Positions 53,825 to 63,609 of a DNA stretch of 64,000 bases are shown piece by piece. Under the pieces are notes generated by a model, which was not told the DNA's origin, searched no databases, and saw nothing but the letters and a program-made list of their open reading frames with translations. How positions within the stretch are numbered: the first letter of the stretch is position 1; each line of letters starts with the position of its first letter. Source of the stretch: Hydrogenophaga sp. (GTDB taxonomy: Bacteria; Pseudomonadota; Gammaproteobacteria; Burkholderiales; Burkholderiaceae_C); the NCBI RefSeq assembly GCF_035481345.1, contig NZ_DATIGV010000020.1, positions 2,727 to 66,726 of the forward strand, given 5' to 3'. Position numbers and translations under genes: made by a program.

Positions 53825-53841
53825 AACCGCCCTCCGTGCAG

Positions 53842-53874
53842 AAGCCGGCCACCCATCGGGCGCCGGCTTTTTTA
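53842..53874 (+). terminator. Rho-independent terminator
   Basis: AAGCCGGC...GCCGGCTT stem followed by TTTTTTA, 18 nt after the small-ORF stop. Confidence 0.7.
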
Positions 53875-54171
53875 TGGGTTTCGGCGCCGGGATTCGTCGA
53901 AACCCTCGTCAATTGCATCACGTCATGCGGGTTTTGCATGTACCCGCCCTGTAACTCCGAGGGGTAAATCCTAAAATCGACCCAGTCGTCGATCAGCGCC
54001 CCTCCCCGCGAGACCACCGCCTTGCCGGGTACGCAGCTTGCCCCCATCCACCGATGGCAAGCGGCGCCGAGCGACCCGAATTTGCTCGCCCAGATCCCCA
54101 CGCCGACAGCCGCTGCCCGCGGCTGTCCCCGTCTTGGGCGGCCGCCGGTTATCAATCTCAGGAGTCACTCG

Positions 54172-56028
54172 ATGAACTCTCCCGTGATGCAGGGCCTGGC
54201 CCTCAACACCCCCGCCCACGTGAAACACGCCCGCCTGATCGCCTGGGTGGCCGACATGGCCGCCCTGTGCAAGCCGGACACCATCGTCTGGTGCGACGGC
54301 AGCGACGAGGAATACCACCGCCTCTGCCAGCAACTGGTGGACGCGGGCACGTTCAAGCGGCTCAACCCGGCCAAGCGACCCAACAGCTACCTGGCCTGCT
54401 CCGACCCGTCGGACGTGGCGCGCGTGGAAGACCGCACCTTCATCTGCAGCGAGCGCCAGGAAGACGCCGGCCCGACCAACAACTGGAAGGCCCCGGCCGA
54501 GATGCGCGCCACCCTTCAGCCGCTGTTCGACGGCTGCATGCGCGGGCGCACCATGTACGTGGTGCCCTTCAGCATGGGCCCGCTGGGCAGCCCCATCGCC
54601 CACATCGGCGTGGAGCTCTCCGACAGCGCCTACGTGGCCGTGAACATGAAGCTCATGACGCGCATGGGCAAGGCCGTATACGACGTGCTCGGCACCGATG
54701 GCGACTTCGTGCCGTGCGTGCACACCGTGGGCGCACCGCTGCAGGCCGGCGAAAAGGACACCACGTCCTGGCCCTGCAACCCCACCACCAAGTACATCGT
54801 CCATTACCCCGAGACGCGCGAGATCTGGAGCTACGGCTCGGGCTACGGCGGCAACGCGCTGTTGGGCAAGAAGTGCTTCGCGCTGCGCATCGCGTCCACC
54901 ATGGGCCGTCAGCAAGGCTGGCTCGCCGAGCACATGCTCATCCTGGGCGTGACCAGCCCGCAGGGCAAGAAGTACCACGTGGCCGCTGCCTTCCCCAGCG
55001 CCTGCGGCAAGACCAACTTCGCCATGCTGATCCCGCCCAAGGGCTTCGAGGGCTGGCAGGTCACCACGATCGGTGACGACATCGCCTGGATCAAGCCCGG
55101 TGCTGATGGCCGTCTCTACGCCATCAACCCCGAGGCGGGTTATTTCGGCGTGGCGCCCGGCACCAACTCGGCCACGAATCCCAACTGCATGGCCAGCCTC
55201 AACAAGGATGTGATCTTCACCAACGTGGCGCTCACCGATGACGGCGACGTGTGGTGGGAGGGCATGGGCGAAGCGCCCGCGCACGCCATCGACTGGCAAG
55301 GCAAGGACTGGACGCCGCAGATCGCCAAGGAAACAGGCGCCAAGGCCACGCACCCGAACGCGCGCTTCACCGTGGCCGCCACCAACAACCCCGCGCTCGA
55401 CGCCGCCTGGGACGACCCCAAGGGCGTGGCCATCGACGCCTTCATCTTCGGCGGCCGCCGCAGCACCACGGTGCCGCTGGTGACCGAGGCCCGCGACTGG
55501 ACCGAGGGCGTGTACATGGCCGCCACCATGGGCTCGGAGACCACCGCCGCCGCCTTCGGCGCGCAGGGCGTCGTCCGCCGCGACCCCTTCGCCATGCTGC
55601 CCTTCACCGGCTACAACATGAGCGACTACTTCCAGCACTGGCTGAGCCTTGGCGGGAAGCTGCAGGCGCAGGGCGCCAAGCTGCCGGGCATCTTCTGCGT
55701 CAACTGGTTCCGCAAGGACGAGAACGGCAAGTTCGTCTGGCCCGGCTTCGGCGAGAACATGCGTGTGCTCAAGTGGATGATCGACCGCCTGGAGGGCCAG
55801 GGCCAGGGCGTGGAGCACGCGTTCGGCGTGTCGCCCCGCTACGAGGACATCCACTGGAGCGGGCTGGACTTCAGCGCCGACCAGTACCGCACCGTCACGG
55901 CCATCGACAAGGCCGCCTGGGAGAAGGAACTGGCGCTGCACGCCGAGCTGTTCGAGCAACTGGCCCACCACCTGCCGCGTGAGTTGCAGGACACCAAGGC
56001 CCGCATCGAGCAGCGGCTGGCGGCCTGA
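54172..56028 (+). CDS. pckG: Phosphoenolpyruvate carboxykinase (GTP)
   Basis: Inner ATG of ORF 54022..56028 (618 aa) with a [18 protein letters not shown]-loop, GDDIAW, NPNARFT and WEGM motifs of GTP-type PEPCK. Confidence 0.95.
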   Translation: MNSPVMQGLALNTPAHVKHARLIAWVADMAALCKPDTIVWCDGSDEEYHRLCQQLVDAGTFKRLNPAKRPNSYLACSDPSDVARVEDRTFICSERQEDAGPTNNWKAPAEMRATLQPLFDGCMRGRTMYVVPFSMGPLGSPIAHIGVELSDSAYVAVNMKLMTRMGKAVYDVLGTDGDFVPCVHTVGAPLQAGEKDTTSWPCNPTTKYIVHYPETREIWSYGSGYGGNALLGKKCFALRIASTMGRQQGWLAEHMLILGVTSPQGKKYHVAAAFPSACGKTNFAMLIPPKGFEGWQVTTIGDDIAWIKPGADGRLYAINPEAGYFGVAPGTNSATNPNCMASLNKDVIFTNVALTDDGDVWWEGMGEAPAHAIDWQGKDWTPQIAKETGAKATHPNARFTVAATNNPALDAAWDDPKGVAIDAFIFGGRRSTTVPLVTEARDWTEGVYMAATMGSETTAAAFGAQGVVRRDPFAMLPFTGYNMSDYFQHWLSLGGKLQAQGAKLPGIFCVNWFRKDENGKFVWPGFGENMRVLKWMIDRLEGQGQGVEHAFGVSPRYEDIHWSGLDFSADQYRTVTAIDKAAWEKELALHAELFEQLAHHLPRELQDTKARIEQRLAA

Positions 56029-56098
56029 TCGGGGCGCTGCACCCACCGTCCAGGGGCCCCTCGGGGCCCTTGTCGTTGGCCCTGCGACCAGACGAAAA

Positions 56099-56124
56099 GA
56101 AGGCCACCCCGCGGGGTGGCCTTC
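56099..56124. terminator. Bidirectional terminator hairpin between pckG and the convergent membrane-protein gene
   Basis: 11-bp stem GAAGGCCACCC-cgcg-GGGTGGCCTTC. On the minus strand TTTTCG follows; on the plus strand CTTCTTG is part of and follows the stem. Confidence 0.65.
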
Positions 56125-56142
56125 TTGTCAGCGCGTGACAGC

Positions 56143-56679
56143 TCAGATGAAGTGCAGCTTCGCGTAGCGGGCGCGGCTGGCGGCCAGGCGCTCCCAGTAG
56201 CTGGCTTCGGGCGCTGCTTCGGCCTTGGCGGCCTCGGGCAGGCCCAGGGGGGCCAGCGCTTCGGTGAAGTCGGCGGCGGCCGGCTCCTGCTCGGCGCGGT
56301 CACGGGCGGCGATCAGCTCGCTCATCAGGCGCTGGTCGTGGCGGGCCATTTCCCACAGACGCATCTCGGCGCGCGCTTCGGCCAGCGAGCGGGACCAGTC
56401 GTCGAGCGCTTCCATGGTGCGGCGGGCCAGACCACGGGCGCTGTCGGCGAACAAGGCCAGACCGGCGAAGACCACGGCCCAGAGCAGCACCCAGGCCAGC
56501 ATCAGGTGGCCGTCGGCCCAGGTGTCGATGAGTTGGTCGGCCACCACGATGAGGGTGGCGATGGCGGCGGCGAGCAGCAGGGCGCTCAGGCCACGGGCGC
56601 CTTCGGGCGCGGTGGCGGCGGTTTTGGCACCCGCGCGCGGGGCGGCGGGCAGCGAGGGGGCGGTAAGGACGGTGCTCAT
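56143..56679 (-). CDS. Hypothetical membrane protein (178 aa)
   Basis: Inner ATG of ORF 56143..56790. Two hydrophobic helices (LSALLLAAAIATLIVV, LMLAWVLLWAVVFAGLALF) then a charged helical tail. No family recognised. Confidence 0.6.
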   Translation of the reverse strand: MSTVLTAPSLPAAPRAGAKTAATAPEGARGLSALLLAAAIATLIVVADQLIDTWADGHLMLAWVLLWAVVFAGLALFADSARGLARRTMEALDDWSRSLAEARAEMRLWEMARHDQRLMSELIAARDRAEQEPAAADFTEALAPLGLPEAAKAEAAPEASYWERLAASRARYAKLHFI

Positions 56680-56801
56680 GGCGAACTCCTGAAAAACCAC
56701 GTCTTGTGGACTGGGTGAAATCTCGTGGACAGGGGTGAATATAGGGATAACCCGTATATGTATCCACTTTATTCTGATGATGGGTACCATTCCCCGTACA
56801 A

Positions 56802-57791
56802 ATGGTTTCCCTGAATTTCCGCACCCTCGACCTGAACCTGCTGCGCGTCTTCGACGAGGTGATGGCAGAGCGCAACCTCACCCGGGCCGCGCACAACCTG
56901 TCGATGACCCAGCCAGCGGTGAGCAACGCCCTGCGCCGGCTGCGCGAGCTGGTGGGCGACGAACTGGTGCGGCGTTCGGGCTTCGGGGTGGAACCCACGC
57001 CCACCGCCCTGGCCTTGTGGCCCTCGGTGCGCGAAGCGCTGGGCCTGCTGCGTGGCGCCCTGGCACCCGGGGCGTTCGACCCGGCCTCCGCCACCAGCAC
57101 CTTCCAGGTCGCCATGGCCGACGCCACCTCGGCCAAGCTGATCCCCAGCCTGATCGACATCCTCGAGCGCGAGGCCCCCGGGGTGAACCTGCGCGTGCTG
57201 CCGCTGACCACGCGCGACCCGCGCCAGCTGCTGGAAAAAGGCGACGCGGACCTCGCCATCGGGCACTTTCCCGCGGTCATCGCCGAGCTGGGGGCGCGCC
57301 AACAACAGGACGAGCTGCCGCGCTTTGCCTTCGAACGCCTGTACGACGGTGACTACGTGGTGGTGATGCGCCGCGGCCACCCGCTGGCCGGGCGACCGCT
57401 GTCGCTGGATACCTACTGCGCGGCGCGCCACCTGCTGGTGAGCTTCTCGGGCCGGCCCTTCGGTTTCGTCGACGAGGCTCTGGCGGCGCGCTCGCGCCAG
57501 CGCCGGGTGGTGATCACGGTCAACCAGTTCTTCACCGCCGGCCGCGTGGTGGCCACCACCGACCTGCTCACCGTGCTGCCGCGCCACTTCCTGTCGGCCA
57601 CCGGCATGGAGGACGAGCTGGCCATCAGCGAGCTGCCCCTGGCCGTGCCCGAGGTGCACGTCGATACGCTGTGGCACCGCCAGCGCCAGCACGACGCCGC
57701 GCACCGGTGGTTGCGCGAGGCGGTGTCGCGCTCCGCTGCCGCCAGCGGCCTGCAGGGCGCCGACGCCGGCACGAACACAATCGCCCCATGA
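56802..57791 (+). CDS. LysR-family transcriptional regulator
   Basis: ORF 56802..57791 (329 aa). LDLNLLRVFDEVMAERNLTRAAHNLSMTQPAVSNALRRLR HTH. Confidence 0.88.
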   Translation: MVSLNFRTLDLNLLRVFDEVMAERNLTRAAHNLSMTQPAVSNALRRLRELVGDELVRRSGFGVEPTPTALALWPSVREALGLLRGALAPGAFDPASATSTFQVAMADATSAKLIPSLIDILEREAPGVNLRVLPLTTRDPRQLLEKGDADLAIGHFPAVIAELGARQQQDELPRFAFERLYDGDYVVVMRRGHPLAGRPLSLDTYCAARHLLVSFSGRPFGFVDEALAARSRQRRVVITVNQFFTAGRVVATTDLLTVLPRHFLSATGMEDELAISELPLAVPEVHVDTLWHRQRQHDAAHRWLREAVSRSAAASGLQGADAGTNTIAP

Positions 57792-58606
57792 TGAAGATCC
57801 AGTTGTTGAGCGACCTGCACCTCGAGGCCAACCGCGATTTCGAGCCTCGCCCCGCGCCCGGTGCCGACCTGCTGGTGCTCGCCGGCGACGTGGGTTCCTA
57901 CCAGCGCCGACGCGACGGCAGCGCCATGCCCGAGCCCGACTGGGGCCTGCGCCGTTTCGCCGACTGGCCGGTGCCGGTGCTCTACCTTCCCGGCAACCAC
58001 GAGTACGACGCGCTCGACGTGGACGAAGCGCACGCCGCGCTGCGAACCACCTGCGAGCGGCTGGGCCTGCGCTGGCTGGAGCGCGAGACCTGGGTCTGGC
58101 GCGGCGTGCGCTTCGTCGGCACCACGCTGTGGAGCGACTACGACGCGATCCGACCGCCCGGTGGCGACCCGCTGCTGCAGCGCGAGAAGGCCTTCCGCGC
58201 CGCCAACCATTACCTGCGGCAGATGGACGCGCGGCGACACGGCGCCCTGTTCGACGCCGCCGCCATGCGCGAGCTGGGCCTGGAGTGCCAGGCCTGGTTG
58301 CGCGAGGCGCTGGCGCAGCCCTTCGACGGCCCCACCGTCGCCATCACGCACTTCGCGCCCACCTTGCACAGCGCCGACCCGCGCTACGGCCTCACGCCCG
58401 GCACCGCGGGCTTCTGCAACGCGCTCGACGACCTGCTGCCGCACGCCGACCTCTGGCTGCACGGCCACCTGCACTGTCCCACCGACGTGCGCGTGGGCCG
58501 CTGCCGCATCCGCGCCAACCCGCTGGGCTACCACGACAAGAAGGAACAACTGGCCTTCGATCCGGCCTGCCTGGTGCCGGTGGAAGTGAGGGCCCAGCCC
58601 GTTTGA
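57788..58606 (+). CDS. Calcineurin-like metallophosphoesterase
   Basis: Inner ATG of ORF 57671..58606 (272 aa), overlapping the LysR stop (ATGA). LSDLHLE, LAGD, GNHE and GHLH motifs. Confidence 0.8.
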   Translation: MMKIQLLSDLHLEANRDFEPRPAPGADLLVLAGDVGSYQRRRDGSAMPEPDWGLRRFADWPVPVLYLPGNHEYDALDVDEAHAALRTTCERLGLRWLERETWVWRGVRFVGTTLWSDYDAIRPPGGDPLLQREKAFRAANHYLRQMDARRHGALFDAAAMRELGLECQAWLREALAQPFDGPTVAITHFAPTLHSADPRYGLTPGTAGFCNALDDLLPHADLWLHGHLHCPTDVRVGRCRIRANPLGYHDKKEQLAFDPACLVPVEVRAQPV

Positions 58607-58685
58607 TCCTGCGCAAACCCGTGGTGCGCCTCGGCCCGTACACTGGCGCCGTTCCTCACTCGATCAACAACCAAGGAGAACCGCG

Positions 58686-59108
58686 ATGAAGATCCTGCTG
58701 GCCGTCGATGGCAGCGAGTACACGAAGAAGATGCTCGCCTACCTGACCACCCACGACGAGCTGTTCGGCGCCAACAACGACTTCACCGCGATCACGGTCC
58801 AGTCGCCGCTGCCGCCCCGGGCCCGCGCCGCTGTCGGTGCCGACGTGGCCAACCAGTACTACGAGGACGAGGCGGCCAAGATCACCGGTCCGGTGGACAA
58901 ATTCCTGAAGCGCCACGGCATCAATGCCAAGCTGGTGCACAAGACCGGCGCGGCCGGCGAGGTCATCGCCAAGACGGCCAACTCGGGCAAGTTCGACATG
59001 GTGATCATGGGCTCGCATGGTCACGGCGCGCTGGGCAACCTGGTGCTGGGCTCGGTGGCCACCCGGGTGCTGGCGCACTGCACGTCGCCGGTGCTGATCG
59101 TGCGCTGA
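58686..59108 (+). CDS. uspA: Universal stress protein (UspA family)
   Basis: ORF 58686..59108 (140 aa). MKILLAVDGSEY...MGSHGHGALGNLVLGSVATRVLAH...PVLIVR. Confidence 0.88.
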   Translation: MKILLAVDGSEYTKKMLAYLTTHDELFGANNDFTAITVQSPLPPRARAAVGADVANQYYEDEAAKITGPVDKFLKRHGINAKLVHKTGAAGEVIAKTANSGKFDMVIMGSHGHGALGNLVLGSVATRVLAHCTSPVLIVR

Positions 59109-59132
59109 AGCGTTCGGCCCACCGATCGAACG

Positions 59133-59155
59133 AAGCCGCCCGCGGGCGGCTTTTT
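59133..59155 (+). terminator. Rho-independent terminator
   Basis: AAGCCGCC-cgcg-GGCGGCTT followed by TTTTC, 25 nt after the uspA stop. Confidence 0.75.
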
Positions 59156-60069
59156 CATGCCCGGCGCAGGCTCAGGGTGGCCGCAGCGCGCAGGGCGGCG
59201 CTCAGCCCATCCAGCACATCGGAGCTGAGGTTCCAGCAATGCCAGTGCAGTGCCACGCCCAGGCGATGCTTCGGCGCCGCGTTCACCAGCTCGCCGCGCT
59301 CGATCAGTTCCCGCACCAGCAGCCAGGGCACCACGCTCAGGCCCCAGCCCGCCAGCACGGCGCGCACCTGCCCTTCGCTGGAGGGCACGAAGCGCTGCTT
59401 GAGCAGCACGCGCTGCAAACCGAAGGCCTCCGACACGAAGGCGTGCTGCAGGTGGTCCTTGCGGTTGAAGGCGATGAAAGGCAGGCGATGGAAATTCTGC
59501 GTGGTCAGCCCGCGCGGGCAGTGCTCGCGCGCGAAATCGGGCTGGGCGATCAGCACGTAGTCCATCACGCCCAGCGGCTCCATGCGGCAACCGCGCAGCG
59601 CCTGGCCGAGCGAGGTGACGCAGCCCAGCACCTGGCCCTCGCGCAGCCATTCGTGTGTGAACTCCTGGTCGTCCGCGATGATCTCGACCGGCAGGCCCCC
59701 GCGCGCCAGTTCATTCAGCGCGGGCAGCGCCCAGGTGGCGATGCTGTCGGCGTTGATCGCCACCGAGATGCGCTCCTCGCCGCGACCGGAGGCGGCGCTG
59801 CTGGGCGCCAGATCCTTCAGGTCCTTCTCCAGGTCGGCGCGCAGCAGCCGCATCATCTTGGCGTGCTTGATCATGAGCTGCCCGGCCGGCGTGGCCTTGA
59901 GCGGGCGGCTGCGCACGATGAGCACCGTGCCCACCTGAGCCTCCAGCGCGCGCAGGCGCTGCGAGACGGCCGACTGCGTGATCGACAGCCGCTGCGCGGC
60001 ACGCTCGAAGCCGCCCTCCTCCACGATGGCGGCCAGGCATTCCAGGGCGTCGGGGTCGAAGGTGCTCAT
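59155..60069 (-). CDS. LysR-family regulator of the ArgP/IciA type
   Basis: Inner ATG of ORF 59155..60090 (MSTFDPDALECLAAIVEEGGFERAAQRLSITQSAVSQRLRALE). Divergent from the dadA-like gene. Confidence 0.85.
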   Translation of the reverse strand: MSTFDPDALECLAAIVEEGGFERAAQRLSITQSAVSQRLRALEAQVGTVLIVRSRPLKATPAGQLMIKHAKMMRLLRADLEKDLKDLAPSSAASGRGEERISVAINADSIATWALPALNELARGGLPVEIIADDQEFTHEWLREGQVLGCVTSLGQALRGCRMEPLGVMDYVLIAQPDFAREHCPRGLTTQNFHRLPFIAFNRKDHLQHAFVSEAFGLQRVLLKQRFVPSSEGQVRAVLAGWGLSVVPWLLVRELIERGELVNAAPKHRLGVALHWHCWNLSSDVLDGLSAALRAAATLSLRRA

Positions 60070-60082
60070 GGGATGGTCCTTT

Positions 60083-60097
60083 ATCAGCAAAACTGAT
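60083..60097. promoter_or_regulatory. LysR-type T-N11-A box in the divergent promoter region
   Basis: ATCAGcaaaaCTGAT is a perfect 5-bp dyad with T-N11-A architecture, 14 nt upstream of the regulator ATG. Confidence 0.5.
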
Positions 60098-60185
60098 GAA
60101 CTCGATTTTGCTTGAATCTCGCTTCACTTGAATGCGCGCTTTCCCGACACTGCCGGGATCAGCGATCCGCTGTTCGGAGAGAGCC

Positions 60186-61532
60186 ATGAAAGTCACCGTC
60201 CTGGGCGCCGGCATCATCGGCGTGAGCACCGCCTGGCACCTGCTGCAGCGCGGGCACGAGGTCACGCTGGTCGACCGCCAGCCCGACGCCGCGCTGGAAA
60301 CCAGCTTCGCCAATGCGGCGCAGATCTCGGTGAGCTATTGCGAGCCCTGGGCCAACCGCGAGGCGCCGCTGAAGGCCCTGAAGTGGATGTTCTCGCCCAC
60401 CTCGCCGCTGCTGTTTCGCCCGCAGATGGACCCGGCGCAGTGGCGCTGGGGCCTGCAGTTCCTGGCGCAGTGCAACGACGCGGCCTTCGAGCGCAACGTG
60501 GCGCAACTGGTGGCGCTGGGCTCGTACAGCCACGCGGCGCTGAAAGACGTGGTGCGCGAGACCGGCATCGAGTACCAGCGGCTGGAGCGCGGCATCGCGC
60601 ACTACTACGTGGACCAGGCATCCTTCGAGGGCGCGGCCGGCGCTGCCGAGCTGATGGCCCGCTTCGGCGTGAAGCGCCGCGTGGTCTCGCGCGAGGAGCT
60701 GCTGCGCATCGAGCCCGCGCTCTCGGCCTTCGCCGAGCGCATCGTGGGTGGCACCTTCACCGAGACCGACGAATCGGGCGACGCGCGGGTGTTCACACAG
60801 GCGCTGGCCGCGCTGTGTGCCGAGCGCGGTGCGCGGATGCTGTTCAACCACGACATCGAACGACTCGACGTGAACGGGGACGCAGTGAACAGCGTGCGCG
60901 TGCGCAGCCGCGCAACCGGCGTGCTCAGCGCGCTCAAGGCCGACGCCACGGTGGTGGCCTGCGGTTCGTACACCACGCCGCTGCTCGCCCGCATCGGCGT
61001 GCGCGTGCCTATCTACCCCGGCAAGGGCTACAGCGCCACGCTGCCGCTGCTGCAGCCCGAGCGCGCGCCGGTGGTGAGCATGATCGACGACAGCCTGAAG
61101 ATCGCGATGTCGCGCCTGGGCGATGAACTGCGCGTGGCCGGCACCATCGAACTCGGCGGCTTCGACCTCTCACTGGATACGCCGCTCGCACGCAAGCGCT
61201 GCGAGATGCTGGTGCGCCGCATCGAGCAGGTCTTCCCCGGCGTGGCCGACACGCGCCTGCCGGCCGAAGGCGGCACCCCGCGCTTCTGGACCGGCCTGCG
61301 CCCCGCCACGCCCACCAACATTCCCCTGATCGGCCGCCTGCCGGTGAAGGGCCTGTGGATCAACGCCGGCCACGGCACCCTGGGCTGGACGCACGGCGCG
61401 GGCTCGGGCAAGGCCCTGGCCGAGCTCATCAGCGGCGAGCGGCCCGCCATGGCCTTTGGCTTCCACGGCTTCGAGGCCACGCGCGCGGCCCGGCAAGCAA
61501 AGGCTCAGGCGTCCTTTTCCCCTGGCTCGTAA
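60186..61532 (+). CDS. dadA: D-amino-acid dehydrogenase family FAD oxidoreductase
   Basis: Inner ATG of ORF 60132..61532 (448 aa). Collinear with E. coli DadA by eye: VLGAGIIGVSTAWHL, ALETSFANAAQIS, PIYPGKGYS, FWTGLRPATP, INAGHGTLGWT. Confidence 0.85.
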   Translation: MKVTVLGAGIIGVSTAWHLLQRGHEVTLVDRQPDAALETSFANAAQISVSYCEPWANREAPLKALKWMFSPTSPLLFRPQMDPAQWRWGLQFLAQCNDAAFERNVAQLVALGSYSHAALKDVVRETGIEYQRLERGIAHYYVDQASFEGAAGAAELMARFGVKRRVVSREELLRIEPALSAFAERIVGGTFTETDESGDARVFTQALAALCAERGARMLFNHDIERLDVNGDAVNSVRVRSRATGVLSALKADATVVACGSYTTPLLARIGVRVPIYPGKGYSATLPLLQPERAPVVSMIDDSLKIAMSRLGDELRVAGTIELGGFDLSLDTPLARKRCEMLVRRIEQVFPGVADTRLPAEGGTPRFWTGLRPATPTNIPLIGRLPVKGLWINAGHGTLGWTHGAGSGKALAELISGERPAMAFGFHGFEATRAARQAKAQASFSPGS

Positions 61533-62770
61533 AGCGTCTCGCGCCCCATGCGGTCGACGATGAGCTCGGCCGTCCAGGGCAGCATGAGCGAGCCGCAGCG
61601 GCTGTCGCGGTACAGGCGCTCCAGCGGCAGGTGCTTCATCATGCTCTGGCCGCCGCAGGTGCGGATGGCCAGGCGCGCGATGTCGTTCGCGCCTTCCATC
61701 ACCGCGTGGTGCGCCGCGTACAGGCGCAGTTTCTCGTCCTTGCCCGGATTCGGCCGCGCCTCGGCGATGGCGCGGGTGAACAGCGCCTTCATGCCCTCGA
61801 GCTGCAGGCGCATCTGCGCCACCGCGATCTGCTTGGTGGGGTACTGGCGGCGCTTCACGGGTGGCTCGCCCGGCACCTCGCCGCGCAGGTACTGCACCGT
61901 GAAGTCGTAGGCCGCGTTGGCCAGACCCAGGTAGGTGGGCGCCAGCGTGAAGAACATGGCTGGCCAGGTCTGCGCCCCGACGAAGTAGATGCCACGCGGC
62001 ATGAGCTGCTCGGCGTCGGTGACGAACACGTCCTTGAAGGTGAGGTTGCGGCTCACGGTGCCGCGCATGCCCAGCGGGTCCCAGTCGCCGCTGATGGTGA
62101 GGCCTTCGCTGGTGGCGGGCACGCTGATGTACATCGTGTCCCGCGGGTCCGGGTCTTTGCCCTCGACGTCTTCGGTGCACAGGATGCCGTAGTAGTCGGC
62201 CGCGCCCGACAGGCTGGCGAAGATCTTGCGGCCGTTGATGAGCCAGCCGCCGTCGACCTTCTTCGCCGTGGTGCCGAAGGGCGCGCGCCCGGCCGCGGCG
62301 GCCGAGCCTTCGCTGAAGGGCTGGGCGTACACCGCGCCGTCGTTGACGATGCGCTGGAAGTGCAGCTCACGCCGCGCGGCGTGTTCGGCGCGCTGGGCCT
62401 CGGTCATGGCGATGCCGTCGGCCAGCACGCCGGTCCACATGGTGCTGCAGATGTGCATGTTCCAGGTGAGCGCGGTGGCGCCGCAGAAGCGCCCGATCTC
62501 GGCCGCGACCATCATGTAGGTCGGGTAGTCGGCGCCCAGGCCGCCGTGGTCCCTGGGGACGCACAGCCGCAGGAAGCCGGCCTCGCGCAGGTCCTCGTAG
62601 TTGGCGAAGGGAAAGCTCGCCTCGCGGTCCCACTGGGCGGCGCGGGGTGCGAACTTGTCGCGGCCCAGGCGGTTCGCCACGGTGAGCAGCTCGCGCTGCA
62701 GGGGCGTGAAGGCCATGTCGCCCACGGCGGGGGTGAAGTCCAGGCCGGTGTTCAGGGGCTCTCGTTGCAT
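61505..62770 (-). CDS. Acyl-CoA dehydrogenase family protein
   Basis: Tail of the run-on ORF 61505..63823 from the ATG at 62770 (421 aa). ACAD-like layout (FSEGSAAAAG, DPLGMRGTVS). Overlaps the convergent dadA-like end by 28 nt. Confidence 0.85.
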   Translation of the reverse strand: MQREPLNTGLDFTPAVGDMAFTPLQRELLTVANRLGRDKFAPRAAQWDREASFPFANYEDLREAGFLRLCVPRDHGGLGADYPTYMMVAAEIGRFCGATALTWNMHICSTMWTGVLADGIAMTEAQRAEHAARRELHFQRIVNDGAVYAQPFSEGSAAAAGRAPFGTTAKKVDGGWLINGRKIFASLSGAADYYGILCTEDVEGKDPDPRDTMYISVPATSEGLTISGDWDPLGMRGTVSRNLTFKDVFVTDAEQLMPRGIYFVGAQTWPAMFFTLAPTYLGLANAAYDFTVQYLRGEVPGEPPVKRRQYPTKQIAVAQMRLQLEGMKALFTRAIAEARPNPGKDEKLRLYAAHHAVMEGANDIARLAIRTCGGQSMMKHLPLERLYRDSRCGSLMLPWTAELIVDRMGRETLYEPGEKDA

Positions 62771-62793
62771 GCGCTTGTCTCCTTGCGTCTCGT

Positions 62794-63609
62794 TCAGTGC
62801 AGGTCGCCCGCGGGCGCGGGCGCGGGCTCGGCCAGGAAGCCGAGCAGCAGGCCATCGAATTCCTCGGGCGCCTCCAGGTTCATAAGGTGGCCAATACCTT
62901 TGAGCTCGGCGTAGCGTGCGTTCGGAATGGCCTCGGCCATCTGCTTCATCACCGAGGGTGCGGCCACGCGGTCGAACTCGCCACCGATGAGCAGCGTGGG
63001 CACGCGAATGTCGCGCAGCGCGGCCTGGCGGTCGAAGGTGACCAGGCAATCGAGCGCGCGCCGGTAGGTGGCGGCGGGCACGCCGCCCATGCAGTGCTCG
63101 GCCAGGCGCAGGCCCTCGGGCAAGGCGCCGGGGCCGGCCATTTGCGGCACCAGCACCTGCGCCATCTCGGCCATGCTCTTGCCGGCGTCCAGCGGCGCGG
63201 TGCGCTGGGCGATGAACTGGCGCGCCCAGGCGTCGGCATCGCGCCCGTCGGTGCGCTTGCCGAAGGCGGCCGAGGTGCCCGCGAGCACGAGCCGGCTGAC
63301 CTTGTCGGGCCGGCGCGCGATCACCTCCTGCGCGACCATGCCGCCCATGCTGTGGCCTACCAGCGCCACGCTGTCGCACTGAAGGGCATCGATGAGGTCG
63401 ACGCAGCTTTGCGCGAGGCCCTTGAAGGTGTAGGGCTCGATGGGCGCGCTGCGGCCGTAGCCGGGCATGTCCCAGGCCACCGCGCGGTAGCCGGCGCCCG
63501 CGAGCGATTCGACCTGCGGCGCGAAGGCCAGGTGGCCACCGCCGATGCCATGCAGCATGAGCACGGTGGCGCCGCTGCCCAGCGCGGTGAAGGTGGGCAG
63601 CGCGTTCAT
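62794..63609 (-). CDS. Alpha/beta-fold hydrolase
   Basis: ORF 62794..63609 (271 aa). HG-box VLMLHGIGGG, nucleophile elbow GHSMGG, C-terminal GIGHL. Confidence 0.88.
   Translation of the reverse strand: MNALPTFTALGSGATVLMLHGIGGGHLAFAPQVESLAGAGYRAVAWDMPGYGRSAPIEPYTFKGLAQSCVDLIDALQCDSVALVGHSMGGMVAQEVIARRPDKVSRLVLAGTSAAFGKRTDGRDADAWARQFIAQRTAPLDAGKSMAEMAQVLVPQMAGPGALPEGLRLAEHCMGGVPAATYRRALDCLVTFDRQAALRDIRVPTLLIGGEFDRVAAPSVMKQMAEAIPNARYAELKGIGHLMNLEAPEEFDGLLLGFLAEPAPAPAGDLH

Noticed and set aside
54105-54127. 9-bp stem hairpin (GACAGCCGC-tgccc-GCGGCTGTC) in the ~300-nt pckG leader as a riboswitch or attenuator.
   Set aside because: It is an isolated GC hairpin with no T-run and no recognisable conserved RNA motif around it. 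Noted only as possible mRNA structure.
56051-56072. GGGCC...GGCCC hairpin right after pckG as its terminator.
   Set aside because: The stem is only about 5-7 bp with wobble pairs and a weak T tract. The stronger 11-bp hairpin at 56099-56124 is reported instead.
56740-56758. Imperfect palindrome TATAGGGATAACCCGTATA in the AT-rich divergent region upstream of the LysR gene at 56802, as a LysR box.
   Set aside because: The dyad is imperfect (GGG/CCCG offset) and I cannot tell it apart from a generic AT-rich promoter. Confidence is too low for a feature.
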